From: a virus
Reading direction: 5' to 3' (one strand)
DNA: 64,000 nucleotides
Virus record (IMG/VR): IMGVR_UViG_3300034101_003479
Coordinates: 1-64,000 of that record
In this document: positions 37,501-44,907 of the stretch, piece after piece
Numbering within the stretch: the stretch's first letter is position 1
Layout: each line of letters opens with the position of its first letter
Position numbers and translations under genes: made by a program
The notes under the pieces: model-generated
What the model was told of the DNA's origin: nothing
What the model saw: the letters and a program-made list of their open reading frames with translations, nothing else
The model's database searches: none

Positions 37501-37778
37501 AAAATAATGTGATTGTATGCCTGTATGCTTTTGTCTGTTTTAGATGATCTATCAAATCTATCTGTCGGTGATATGTATGCCTCTACTCCAAGGATTGGCT
37601 TAATACCCAATTCCTTGGCTGCAATTTGCATTTCACGATGTGATGATAGTGTACCATGATCTGTAATAGCAATTGCTGTTTGTCCAGCATCTAATGCTGC
37701 TTGGCAAAGCTCTCTAGGGGAGTTTAGACCGTCCATTAATGAGTAGTATGAGTGAACATGTAAGTGTGCAAAACTCAT
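34512..37778 (-). CDS. dnaE: DNA polymerase III alpha subunit (family C)
   Basis: PHP HLHVHSYYS, TDHG, GPGRGSAAGS, PDIDTDF, YSFNRSHA; start ATG 37778; no intein seen. Confidence 0.97.
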   Translation of the reverse strand: MSFAHLHVHSYYSLMDGLNSPRELCQAALDAGQTAIAITDHGTLSSHREMQIAAKELGIKPILGVEAYISPTDRFDRSSKTDKSIQAYNHIILLAKNQNGLSNINRLQELAWNEGFYHKPRIDREVLKEYAKDIIVLSGCLNGLISKAIERQEFSEAKLILKDFKQTFGEDFYIEVQSHNPEEINSKLLELADELGIKPVATGDAHFAKGEDKVLEEAMLILSTSPKSDKEADFEMSRNMNNMLDRFNYLYPDRRISFQDYNLFIQSREEIESDFNKSGIKRTDIYENTIEIANKIGQYDFNSGLDLLPVPKTDADEKLSQMASEGLKRLGLDGDQVYTDRLAEELSIIKDKSFASYFLVVADMINWAKQNNIMVGPGRGSAAGSLVCYSLGITDVDPIEYDLLFFRFINPERNDFPDIDTDFEDRRRKEVKDYLKKKFKHVASISTYTYFKDKGVIRDAARVFMVPLQDVNRAMKSIDTFEDFMESPNTKEFRMKYPEVVWLAERLRGKIRSVGVHAAGVVVAKDDLRNFAPIESREDAQDKVSGRIPVVAYDMDTVADIGLIKLDALGLKTLSVISDTLKAIKERHNKEIVLSELPLDDLDVYKTLSEGYTKGVFQAEATPYTNLLIKMGVDKFEDLAASNALVRPGAMNTVGASYINRKHGREAVSYVHEIMKPFTENTYGVIIYQEQVMQACVHLGGMSWSEADKVRKIIGKKKDAKEFDQFKDQFIDGASKHITKKKAEALWHDFEAHAGYSFNRSHAVAYSMLSYYTAWLKHYYPLEFIFSILKNENDKDKRTEYLIEAKRLNLKILLPHINESELYFSLKENAVQFGLAEVKFISDSIANKIIEKRPYEDYSEFIQKASTKGSGINSRAISALNSIGGAAFEDNKRTGKEKENYYEYLGIPTFNIDLPPRIKAQARPIQDFDDLGSFPVFGMVKSIKRGTGWARVELVDETGSIGLFHNEQTQIETGQMYFILVGDNRIARYVKVNEIDPNGSDLFVDYLYRKEYDMEDDEMMVINFNPYKTKAGKTMAHIVMTNKNKELQRAIAFPTMYSKVLGRMREGMKCKPVLSKLEDGTLMIKEIR

Positions 37779-37984
37779 TAATATCCCCCCATGCATTCGT
37801 TTCTAGTATGATAAAGTCTAATCTTTGTCATAGTCTTTTTGTTTGGAGCATATAGCTCTTCTCCACAACATGCAGTTTTTAGATACCATTCTTTTGCAAA
37901 GAAATCGTAAACCATGCCCTTGTAGTTATAGTATTTATTAGCCACAAATGTTGTAAATGGATCTGGTATGTCTAAGTTAATCAT
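37778..37984 (-). CDS. hypothetical protein
   Basis: ORF track; TAATG coupling to dnaE. Confidence 0.7.
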   Translation of the reverse strand: MINLDIPDPFTTFVANKYYNYKGMVYDFFAKEWYLKTACCGEELYAPNKKTMTKIRLYHTRNECMGGY

Positions 37985-38003
37985 TTCCGCCTTTTCTTTC
38001 TAG

Positions 38004-38076
38004 TACCAAGGGTGGGATTCGAACCCACGCTTTATAAATTTTAAGTCTACCGCCTCTACCACTGGGCTACCCTGGC
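38004..38076 (-). tRNA. tRNA-Leu(TAA), short variable region
   Basis: Acceptor GCCAGGG/CCTTGGT, anticodon GTAGA-CTTAAAA-TTTAT, T arm GTGGG-TTCGAAT-CCCAC; no CCA. Confidence 0.9.
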
Positions 38077-38080
38077 AGAG

Positions 38081-38100
38081 TGGGGCGGTTTCCCGCCCCA
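38081..38100 (-). other. GC-rich GAAA-tetraloop hairpin between ssb and the tRNA
   Basis: TGGGGCGG-GAAA-CCGCCCCA; no U-tract follows. Confidence 0.75.
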
Positions 38101-38104
38101 CCTT

Positions 38105-38770
38105 TTACCACTCTACGCTACCTGAGCCTGAAGACTGATCTTCTCCGCCTTCGCCGTTAAAAAAGGATTCTTGTTCTGTGTAGGGTAGATCACGAACTGC
38201 AACCTTTTCTAATTCGTATAATTCCAAGCTGGAAGAATCAAAAGGGGATTCATCTTTTGCTAGTGGAATTGCTGTATAGCTTGTGTCTGTTTTTGTGCCT
38301 GTACGCTTAATGCGCCACACTAAGTTTGAAATGCTACCCATTTCGCCAGCATATTCAATTAGTGTTGGGGTAATAGTCTTTCCGCTACTTCCCTGAGACA
38401 AGATGGCAACGTATGGCTCTTCTTTACCATCGTCTACAAGAACATTGATGTAAAGACGAGAACGTCCCTTCCATCCTGCCTTGTAATCCTTGCGATGTTG
38501 TTCACATCCCCAGCATTTTCCTTGATCATCAATTGTGCATAATGCTTTGCGCTTATAATCTCTTGGGTTTGTGTGTTCTACTGCAATGAACCCAAGGCTA
38601 TTTTTTTCATTATAATGTGGGGAGTCAGGATCTAATTCCTGAAGAAATCTAATCTTTACACTTTCTGAATCATCTAATTTTACCCAACGAGCTTTCGTGC
38701 CGTCTCCGCCAGATGATTGCGGTTTATCCATAACTTTATTTAAATCTTTTAGTCCTTTTACTAGACCCAT
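38105..38770 (-). CDS. single-stranded DNA-binding protein (gp32-like)
   Basis: KIRFL, H...C...CxxC zinc site, IKRTG..TDTSY, acidic tail ending W; next to the primase. Confidence 0.75.
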   Translation of the reverse strand: MGLVKGLKDLNKVMDKPQSSGGDGTKARWVKLDDSESVKIRFLQELDPDSPHYNEKNSLGFIAVEHTNPRDYKRKALCTIDDQGKCWGCEQHRKDYKAGWKGRSRLYINVLVDDGKEEPYVAILSQGSSGKTITPTLIEYAGEMGSISNLVWRIKRTGTKTDTSYTAIPLAKDESPFDSSSLELYELEKVAVRDLPYTEQESFFNGEGGEDQSSGSGSVEW

Positions 38771-38823
38771 TTTTTCCTCTTTTCTATAGTTGATGGTATA
38801 AATCCATCTGTTACTTTATTATA

Positions 38824-39822
38824 TCACAAGCTCCAGGATTTGTATTCTATGTCAGAAACAGCATTATTTATACAATGCTTAATTTCATCCTCAGTCATAT
38901 CTCCTGCATCTTTTGCATCATTAGGGTATATCTTACCATAAGAATACGAAGCCCACAAGATGTCTTTGTTCTTTAATTTATTAGAAATAGATAGCCCTAA
39001 TTCTCTTCCAGCCTGATCTGCATCTGTCATTATAACTATTCTATTAAAGTATCTATTAAGTAGATTTAAATTATCTGTTGATATGTGTCCGCCTAAAGTT
39101 GCAATAACATTTGGAAACCCTGACTGGTGCACTCTAATTGCATCAAAGCTAGACTCAACAATGATTACTTGATCTCCAATTCTTTTTGCTCTATGAATAT
39201 TAAATAATGTTTTGTTTTTAGGAAGATTTGTACTGTTCTTAAATTTCTTTTCTAATATTGATCTGCCAACCAAACCAACTGGTATCCCGTCTGGGCTGTG
39301 TACTGGAACAATAACCATTCCTTGTGCCTCAGAGTATCCCAATTTAAAATGACTCATAGACTCTTGATTGATTCCACGAGATTCAAAGTAATCTCTAGCT
39401 GGCTTGTTTAGCGCTAGCTCTAATGACAAATCGTCTAGCTTTCTTTGATCAAACTCTATAAAGTCTGGCTTGTCCTCAAACATTTGACTTAATGCTTCGT
39501 CAAAGTTGTCTAAAGCCTGTGATTCTTTTGCAGTAATTAATCTAATGGCTTCAAAATCATTTTTATTTGCAATTCTTTTAACTAGTTGAACTATGTTTCC
39601 AGTTTCTCCGCATGAAGGATTAAAGCAAAGCCATGCCCCATTTTCTTCGCTGATATAGAAGCTTGGGCTATGTGTGTTGTTATGGAAAGGGCAATATATT
39701 ACTAGGTTATTGTTAGACTCGCTAATTATTCTTAAGCCTATTTCTTTTACTACTGACTTAATGTGTTTTGGTGCATACTGCGTGGTATTAGCTTTCCCTG
39801 TGTTATTCCCTCTGAGTGCCAT
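38824..39822 (-). CDS. dnaG: DNA primase (CHC2 zinc finger plus TOPRIM)
   Basis: CPFH..HSPSF..CF..C, VESSFD, DADQAG, KDAGD; start ATG 39822. Confidence 0.93.
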   Translation of the reverse strand: MALRGNNTGKANTTQYAPKHIKSVVKEIGLRIISESNNNLVIYCPFHNNTHSPSFYISEENGAWLCFNPSCGETGNIVQLVKRIANKNDFEAIRLITAKESQALDNFDEALSQMFEDKPDFIEFDQRKLDDLSLELALNKPARDYFESRGINQESMSHFKLGYSEAQGMVIVPVHSPDGIPVGLVGRSILEKKFKNSTNLPKNKTLFNIHRAKRIGDQVIIVESSFDAIRVHQSGFPNVIATLGGHISTDNLNLLNRYFNRIVIMTDADQAGRELGLSISNKLKNKDILWASYSYGKIYPNDAKDAGDMTEDEIKHCINNAVSDIEYKSWSL

Positions 39823-40058
39823 GCCTTTTTCCTTCCTGTGTATACACCATGGAGTGTCATTAAGAACCTCCATGTTTGTCCTGTAAATTCTACCGAAAAT
39901 GCTGTGTCTATGTCAAGTACTCTTGAATATCCTTTATCCCTCATTTGATGAGTTAGCATATTTTCATATTGATTTCTAATTCTAATCATGTCTGAGTCGT
40001 CTTTAAACTCGACATCAATTTGAAATCTTTTAATTGGCTTGTGGTGGTACGTAGTCAT
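39750..40058 (-). CDS. hypothetical phage protein
   Basis: ORF track; between helicase and primase. Confidence 0.7.
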   Translation of the reverse strand: MTTYHHKPIKRFQIDVEFKDDSDMIRIRNQYENMLTHQMRDKGYSRVLDIDTAFSVEFTGQTWRFLMTLHGVYTGRKKAWHSEGITQGKLIPRSMHQNTLSQ

Positions 40059-41268
40059 ATAGCTCTTTAATAATACCTCTATTGATATCCCAATCTAAAT
40101 GAAAGGCAAACTCATGTCCATGTCTATTTTTTCTAGAAACAATTTCAATCAAATTTGTTCCTGGGTGCCTGTGTACGGCAAGTGCCATATCTGCATCGTA
40201 TTCAATTGCTTTTGACCAAGCAACCTGAGACATCATTGGCGGATTATCTTGATCTGATATGTCATCTGCGGTTGCTGCTGTAATATCAATAACTGGTATG
40301 TTGTTTGTCACAGCCAACAACTTGAATTCACGAGATACGTTTCTATTTCTTTCTACTTCAGAATTGCTTCTTTTGTTATCATTGAATAGTTGATGGTAAT
40401 CTAAGATAACCAAATCTGGCTTGTGCTGATCAATCTTTCCTTGAATTGTAGCAGGTGTAACATCGCCAGCTCCTTCATTAGAAACTAAAACAAAACTATT
40501 TTTTCCTTCAAATTTCTTTTGGCCCCATGACTTGAAGTCATCAATATTGATATCTCCTTTAGACAAATCGCTTGCCTTAAATAAACCTGACCCCAGCATT
40601 GTATAAATACGATCACGCATATTTTCTGGGGACATTTCTAGGGAGATAATCATTGGCTTAAATCCTTGCTCCCAAGCTTTACATGCTAGGTAGGAAGTAA
40701 ACCATGTCTTACCTTTTCCTGGCCAACCAATTGCAACAATTAAATGACCTGGAGCCATACCAGTTGGGTACGCTGTATCTATTGCTTGGAATCCAGTTTT
40801 AATTCCAGGGCTTCCGCCCATTACTGCTGACCTATCCTTTACTGACATAAAGTGTCGCTCTGCTGCATCTAGGTCTGTTACATCTAAGTCTCTTACGTTA
40901 TTAGTAAATCTAGACAGACCAGCAAGTTTGCTTTGCATATCTGATAGGACTCTGGAGGCTGCATCTTCTTTAAGTGCTGCTCCTCCTTGTAACATAATTG
41001 ATTTTAGCCTTGAAGACAAATACTCATTTTTTAATTTGTCTAGGTAATAACCAGTCTCAGCTTTAATATTTATGTCTGGGTCAAAGTCTTTAAACTTTTC
41101 TTGTAGGATTCCAATCTCTGGAACTGCCTTAAACTTATAGTAGTAAGATTTTAATCCGTCCCAAACATCTTTGTGTGAAGTAAATAAGTCATCAACATTG
41201 TCTGCAAGTAAAGTGCTGATGTCTTTATTCTTACAAACTGCTGATATTACTGTTGCCTCTGTATTCAC
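40030..41268 (-). CDS. dnaB: DnaB-like replicative helicase
   Basis: GWPGKGKT, SLEM, ILDYHQL, IEYDAD, KNRHG. Confidence 0.95.
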   Translation of the reverse strand: MNTEATVISAVCKNKDISTLLADNVDDLFTSHKDVWDGLKSYYYKFKAVPEIGILQEKFKDFDPDINIKAETGYYLDKLKNEYLSSRLKSIMLQGGAALKEDAASRVLSDMQSKLAGLSRFTNNVRDLDVTDLDAAERHFMSVKDRSAVMGGSPGIKTGFQAIDTAYPTGMAPGHLIVAIGWPGKGKTWFTSYLACKAWEQGFKPMIISLEMSPENMRDRIYTMLGSGLFKASDLSKGDINIDDFKSWGQKKFEGKNSFVLVSNEGAGDVTPATIQGKIDQHKPDLVILDYHQLFNDNKRSNSEVERNRNVSREFKLLAVTNNIPVIDITAATADDISDQDNPPMMSQVAWSKAIEYDADMALAVHRHPGTNLIEIVSRKNRHGHEFAFHLDWDINRGIIKELYDYVPPQAN

Positions 41269-41582
41269 TCTTCACCCTCAACTAATCTCTTTGTGGCTTC
41301 TTGTAAAGCCTTTCTATTTTGCTTATCTTTTGCTACTTCTCTTTGCATTATATCAATTTTATCAAAGTTAAAAAAGAAGAATTGAATTGGGTGCCCATAT
41401 TTACCAGTGGTAAAGTAGTATTCCAACAATTCTTTTGCACGAGCATATCCTACACTATCAATGACATCTTGCATAGCCCATTTTTCTCTATACTTATTAA
41501 GAAAGGGGGTTTTGCCATATTTTTCCTGATACATATTTTGATACATGCTTAAAAGAATATATGGCTCTTTGCTATTTGCCAC
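41265..41582 (-). CDS. hypothetical protein
   Basis: ORF track; coupled to dnaB. Confidence 0.7.
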   Translation of the reverse strand: MANSKEPYILLSMYQNMYQEKYGKTPFLNKYREKWAMQDVIDSVGYARAKELLEYYFTTGKYGHPIQFFFFNFDKIDIMQREVAKDKQNRKALQEATKRLVEGEE

Positions 41583-41778
41583 TCTTTAGCTCATCTTCTA
41601 TTTCTTGTGTCTTCTGGATAAGCTTGTCTTCGACAAACTTATAGACACGTTCAGTCGCTATATCAACAGTTTCACCTTGCCTGACATCATCTTCAATCCC
41701 GATGCCTATCTTAATGCTCTCGTAGTTTCCTAGGTTTCTAGTAAAAGATAGGTCTACCTTAACTCTTGTCTCTGTCAT
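41572..41778 (-). CDS. hypothetical phage protein
   Basis: TRNLGNYES motif; ORF track. Confidence 0.75.
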   Translation of the reverse strand: MTETRVKVDLSFTRNLGNYESIKIGIGIEDDVRQGETVDIATERVYKFVEDKLIQKTQEIEDELKSGK

Positions 41779-41888
41779 TTCTTATGCTCCGCCCTTAAAT
41801 GTCTTTGAAGCGTATCGCTTGCAAATATTCCCCAACGCACTTCTATTTCTTTACTACACAGATCGCATATAATAAATCTACTAGACAC
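41775..41888 (-). CDS. small C2H2-type zinc-finger protein (37 aa)
   Basis: Read manually: GTG start, CDLC...HLRAEH. Confidence 0.55.
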   Translation of the reverse strand: MSSRFIICDLCSKEIEVRWGIFASDTLQRHLRAEHKK

Positions 41889-42367
41889 TAATCCGCCTTC
41901 CAAACTGGAACAAACCCGCCTTCTGTCTTAGTATACAATATCATATTGTTTTTGAGAAGTGCCTTTAGCTCTGCTTTGGATGGTATATTTTTAGAGTATC
42001 CAGCCTCTAATATATATTCGTGTATTTTAAATATATTAGATTCACTAAACATAAATTTATACCATTTACTTTCTGGCTTGCTTATGGGATAAATTCTTTG
42101 AGGCTGACTGATCTTACCTTGCAGAATGTATTCTTCTAGCGTTACCTTGTGTCTGCCTAGTATTTCTCCAACCTGGACCATGGTATAAGCATTTTCCATA
42201 TTTTTTTCTACATCGCTAAATGAATATAGAACTCTTTTTTTATCTAAATAGCACCAGGCTACTAGCTCGTCTTTAGATCTTGATGATCTAATTACTTTAT
42301 GGAGTTTATTATTTAAGAAGAAATAGAGAAACTTTTTGCGAGTTCCTGGTCTTTTCTTTCCAGCCAT
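41888..42367 (-). CDS. HTH (excisionase/MerR-like) DNA-binding protein
   Basis: YTMVQVGEILGRHKVTLEEYILQGKI. Confidence 0.6.
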   Translation of the reverse strand: MAGKKRPGTRKKFLYFFLNNKLHKVIRSSRSKDELVAWCYLDKKRVLYSFSDVEKNMENAYTMVQVGEILGRHKVTLEEYILQGKISQPQRIYPISKPESKWYKFMFSESNIFKIHEYILEAGYSKNIPSKAELKALLKNNMILYTKTEGGFVPVWKAD

Positions 42368-42498
42368 TTACCAAACCTACTTGTCTCTTTATTAACCATC
42401 CATCTTTTTCCGCATAGCATACAGAAAAGCTCAACATGTAGTTTTTGAGAAAAAACTCTATCAACAAAAACTCTTCCATTACATTTTTTACACCACAT
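42313..42498 (-). CDS. zinc-ribbon protein
   Basis: CKKC...CMLCG. Confidence 0.7.
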   Translation of the reverse strand: MWCKKCNGRVFVDRVFSQKLHVELFCMLCGKRWMVNKETSRFGKWLERKDQELAKSFSISS

Positions 42499-43313
42499 TA
42501 TAAAGCAAACAACTTTCCGTCAACCATACATGTATAATTTGGAGATACGTGAATCATTTGTACGTGTGGGTACTTTCCATTTTCAATATGAGCAATAGCA
42601 AATCCCTTTTGCCAATCATGGTGTTGAGTGTATTTCATTCCTGGACCTTTTTCGTCACACATGTGACCAATCTCATATCCTCTAAGAGTTTCGCCTTTCC
42701 CGTTATTTCTAAGTTCATAGGTTACCATATGAGAAGCAATTCTATGAGAATGTCCTCTAATTAATGAAACCTGCATATCTTCCATATCTTTTCTTACTGC
42801 TCCAGTTGCTGATATTGAAAGTCCGTGGTGAACATGGATATCTCCAAAACGTTTCTTAGGCAAACTGTCGTAATATATATAATCATATCCCAAAGAATCT
42901 AAACTCCATAAAGCTTCTGGGGTAACATGCTTGGCATACTCTGGTATCTTCTTGTCCAGATAATCAAAAATTCTAATGTCATGATTTCCTAACGCTGAAA
43001 ACAATTGTGCTTTTGGAAGCATCTTTCTTGTCTTAGCATAAAATTCACGAGCACCGCTTGCCTCTAACTTCATGTCTTTAAGCATCAGCTCTAAGTCATT
43101 TATAACATCATCATTCTTATATGCCTTTAAAAATTCTGTTGGCTTTCCCTCAGTATATTTACTGTAGCATGCTTGGTCGTCTGTGTCGCCCAGGTAGTCT
43201 ACTACGTCTGGCTTAAACCACTTCATGACCTTAAACCAAAGCTCAATCATCTTGTCATCCTGATATGGAAATTGTTGATCTGATGACAACATCCACTTTA
43301 AATCGTTAGACAT
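42498..43313 (-). CDS. calcineurin-like metallophosphoesterase
   Basis: SDQQ, LGD, GNHD, HHG, GHSHR. Confidence 0.9.
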   Translation of the reverse strand: MSNDLKWMLSSDQQFPYQDDKMIELWFKVMKWFKPDVVDYLGDTDDQACYSKYTEGKPTEFLKAYKNDDVINDLELMLKDMKLEASGAREFYAKTRKMLPKAQLFSALGNHDIRIFDYLDKKIPEYAKHVTPEALWSLDSLGYDYIYYDSLPKKRFGDIHVHHGLSISATGAVRKDMEDMQVSLIRGHSHRIASHMVTYELRNNGKGETLRGYEIGHMCDEKGPGMKYTQHHDWQKGFAIAHIENGKYPHVQMIHVSPNYTCMVDGKLFAL

Positions 43314-43330
43314 GCATTATTCCTTAAATT

Positions 43331-43355
43331 AAAAAAGTCACGTTTTCGTGACTTT
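43331..43355 (-). terminator. intrinsic terminator-like hairpin
   Basis: AAAGTCACG-AAAA-CGTGAC followed by T6. Confidence 0.7.
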
Positions 43356-43356
43356 G

Positions 43357-43401
43357 TATGCTACAAAAATTGTAGCATATTGTTAAACACTGTCAAGTGT
43401 T
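43357..43401 (-). promoter_or_regulatory. promoter overlapped by two inverted repeats
   Basis: TTGACA-N16-TACAAT with extended TG; 10-bp perfect IR over the -10 and 6-bp IR over the -35. Confidence 0.7.
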
Positions 43402-43834
43402 AAATGTCTTTTAGTTGTGCTGCGATCCAGTTTATTTTTATGGATCCCGTGTAGGCTAGACTTGTTGTTACATAAATCTTGCCATTTAACGTATTTGGTG
43501 AAACTACTGCTGCTACTGAAACCGTTCCCATTTTTGAAGTTAAAGCTTCTCCAACAGAGGCAGTAAATGATATATCAACAGCGGGACTAAATGAAGAGCT
43601 AAATGTAACTGCATGGGCAGCTGACGGCACATTTGCCTTGCCACTCAATGGGACTGTTTCTGTATCTGAGTCGACGATGGCAACTCTATTTGTTCCGCTA
43701 GAGTCTTTTGTAGCATTTAATAATGACTTTGATGTATTAAATACATTTGTTAGATTAGTTTGTAATTGATTTAAATCATTTGGATCTAGTGGGGCACCCT
43801 CGTTAAAAGTTACCGACTTCCATGTCTCTGCCAT
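43400..43834 (-). CDS. putative minor tail protein
   Basis: F.EG.PLDP..LN N-terminus, beta-rich C-terminus ending INWIA; end of the tail operon. Confidence 0.55.
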   Translation of the reverse strand: MAETWKSVTFNEGAPLDPNDLNQLQTNLTNVFNTSKSLLNATKDSSGTNRVAIVDSDTETVPLSGKANVPSAAHAVTFSSSFSPAVDISFTASVGEALTSKMGTVSVAAVVSPNTLNGKIYVTTSLAYTGSIKINWIAAQLKDI

Positions 43835-44232
43835 TATAAGTTTTCTCCTAGATCATGAGCATTTGATTCCGCTTCGCTTACCTCTATGGCTTTTGATCGA
43901 TCTAAGCCATATCTATTAAACGAGTCTGGGTCTACCACATGCCTCTTTTTATTTTGAGATATTAAATACATTTTACCATCTGCTATGTTTTTTATCAAGG
44001 CACCGTCTCTAAACCCCAGCTTTCCAGCAAGTTTAATTAGCGATAATGATTCCTCTGTTCCATTTACTGTTGTAAATGACCAAGACTTAGAGGCTCTATC
44101 AGAAATCAGCTTATACCTCTTGTTGTCCTTAATCCAGTAAGTTGCCTTATCTGTCTTAACCGCAATCCCAGAAGGGAAATTAGTTGGAGAGGTTACTAAG
44201 TGAGTCTGAGTACTCTTGAATAGCTTTTTCAT
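43834..44232 (-). CDS. hypothetical protein with internal duplication
   Basis: Two similar halves (YWIKDNKRY / YLISQNKKR); start ATG 44232. Confidence 0.7.
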   Translation of the reverse strand: MKKLFKSTQTHLVTSPTNFPSGIAVKTDKATYWIKDNKRYKLISDRASKSWSFTTVNGTEESLSLIKLAGKLGFRDGALIKNIADGKMYLISQNKKRHVVDPDSFNRYGLDRSKAIEVSEAESNAHDLGENL

Positions 44233-44359
44233 GATCCTGCTTTTCATTAATAAGTTGAGTAATTTCTGCACGTAATACTGCAATCTGAGTTTCATAATTA
44301 GATACAAGTTCTCCTATGCGCTGTTGTAGTGCTGTTATTACTAGTTGTGTTTTATCCAA
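44180..44359 (-). CDS. small coiled-coil protein (59 aa)
   Basis: Read manually: TTG start, DKTQLVITALQQRIGELVSNYETQIAVLRAEITQL. Confidence 0.65.
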   Translation of the reverse strand: MDKTQLVITALQQRIGELVSNYETQIAVLRAEITQLINEKQDHEKAIQEYSDSLSNLSN

Positions 44360-44366
44360 TTTATCC

Positions 44367-44594
44367 CTATTCTGTTAGAGCGTTGACTCTTGCCAACTCT
44401 GACTCTAGTGCTGAGATCTGCCCATCAACTTCATCCATTTGTTCATCAAGCCCATTTATTGCAGCTTCTGACGGATTGTTTCTGGAGTTCTCTTTTAAAA
44501 TATCTATCTCTAAATTATACTTTGTATAGTTAAGATTTCTAATATGCGAAGATATAATTTGAGCCTTTTCTTCTTTTGTTAAATTAATAGTCAT
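44367..44594 (-). CDS. small coiled-coil protein
   Basis: ORF track; AGGAG RBS; TGATATAAT upstream. Confidence 0.8.
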   Translation of the reverse strand: MTINLTKEEKAQIISSHIRNLNYTKYNLEIDILKENSRNNPSEAAINGLDEQMDEVDGQISALESELARVNALTE

Positions 44595-44624
44595 TTTTCT
44601 CCTTTCTTATTATATCATTTAAGT

Positions 44625-44846
44625 TTAATTTGGTAAATTAGATTTTAAAGATTCTAGCGTAGCAATCTGTAAATCGTAATCTCCAATTATTCTAACAATG
44701 TTTTCATAAATTTCATTATCTGTGCTAGATATAGTTTGTAGCTCTATTCTTCTAATTTCATGACTAAACTGTTGAGCTTTTAGCTCAGTAATATGGGCAT
44801 CAATTATTGCTATTTTTTGATCATCATTTAAGTCAGTGCCTGCCAT
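44625..44846 (-). CDS. small coiled-coil protein, paralogue of 44367..44594
   Basis: ORF track; TGATATAAT upstream. Confidence 0.75.
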   Translation of the reverse strand: MAGTDLNDDQKIAIIDAHITELKAQQFSHEIRRIELQTISSTDNEIYENIVRIIGDYDLQIATLESLKSNLPN

Positions 44847-44907
44847 TTATTTACCTTTCTTATACTTGTTCCATTATATCATTTTTATCTATTTTGTAAA
44901 GACCATT

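Noticed and set aside
22865-41268. Inteins or introns in terL, recA, dnaE or dnaB
   Set aside because: Ordinary lengths, continuous motifs, no splice or homing-endonuclease signatures
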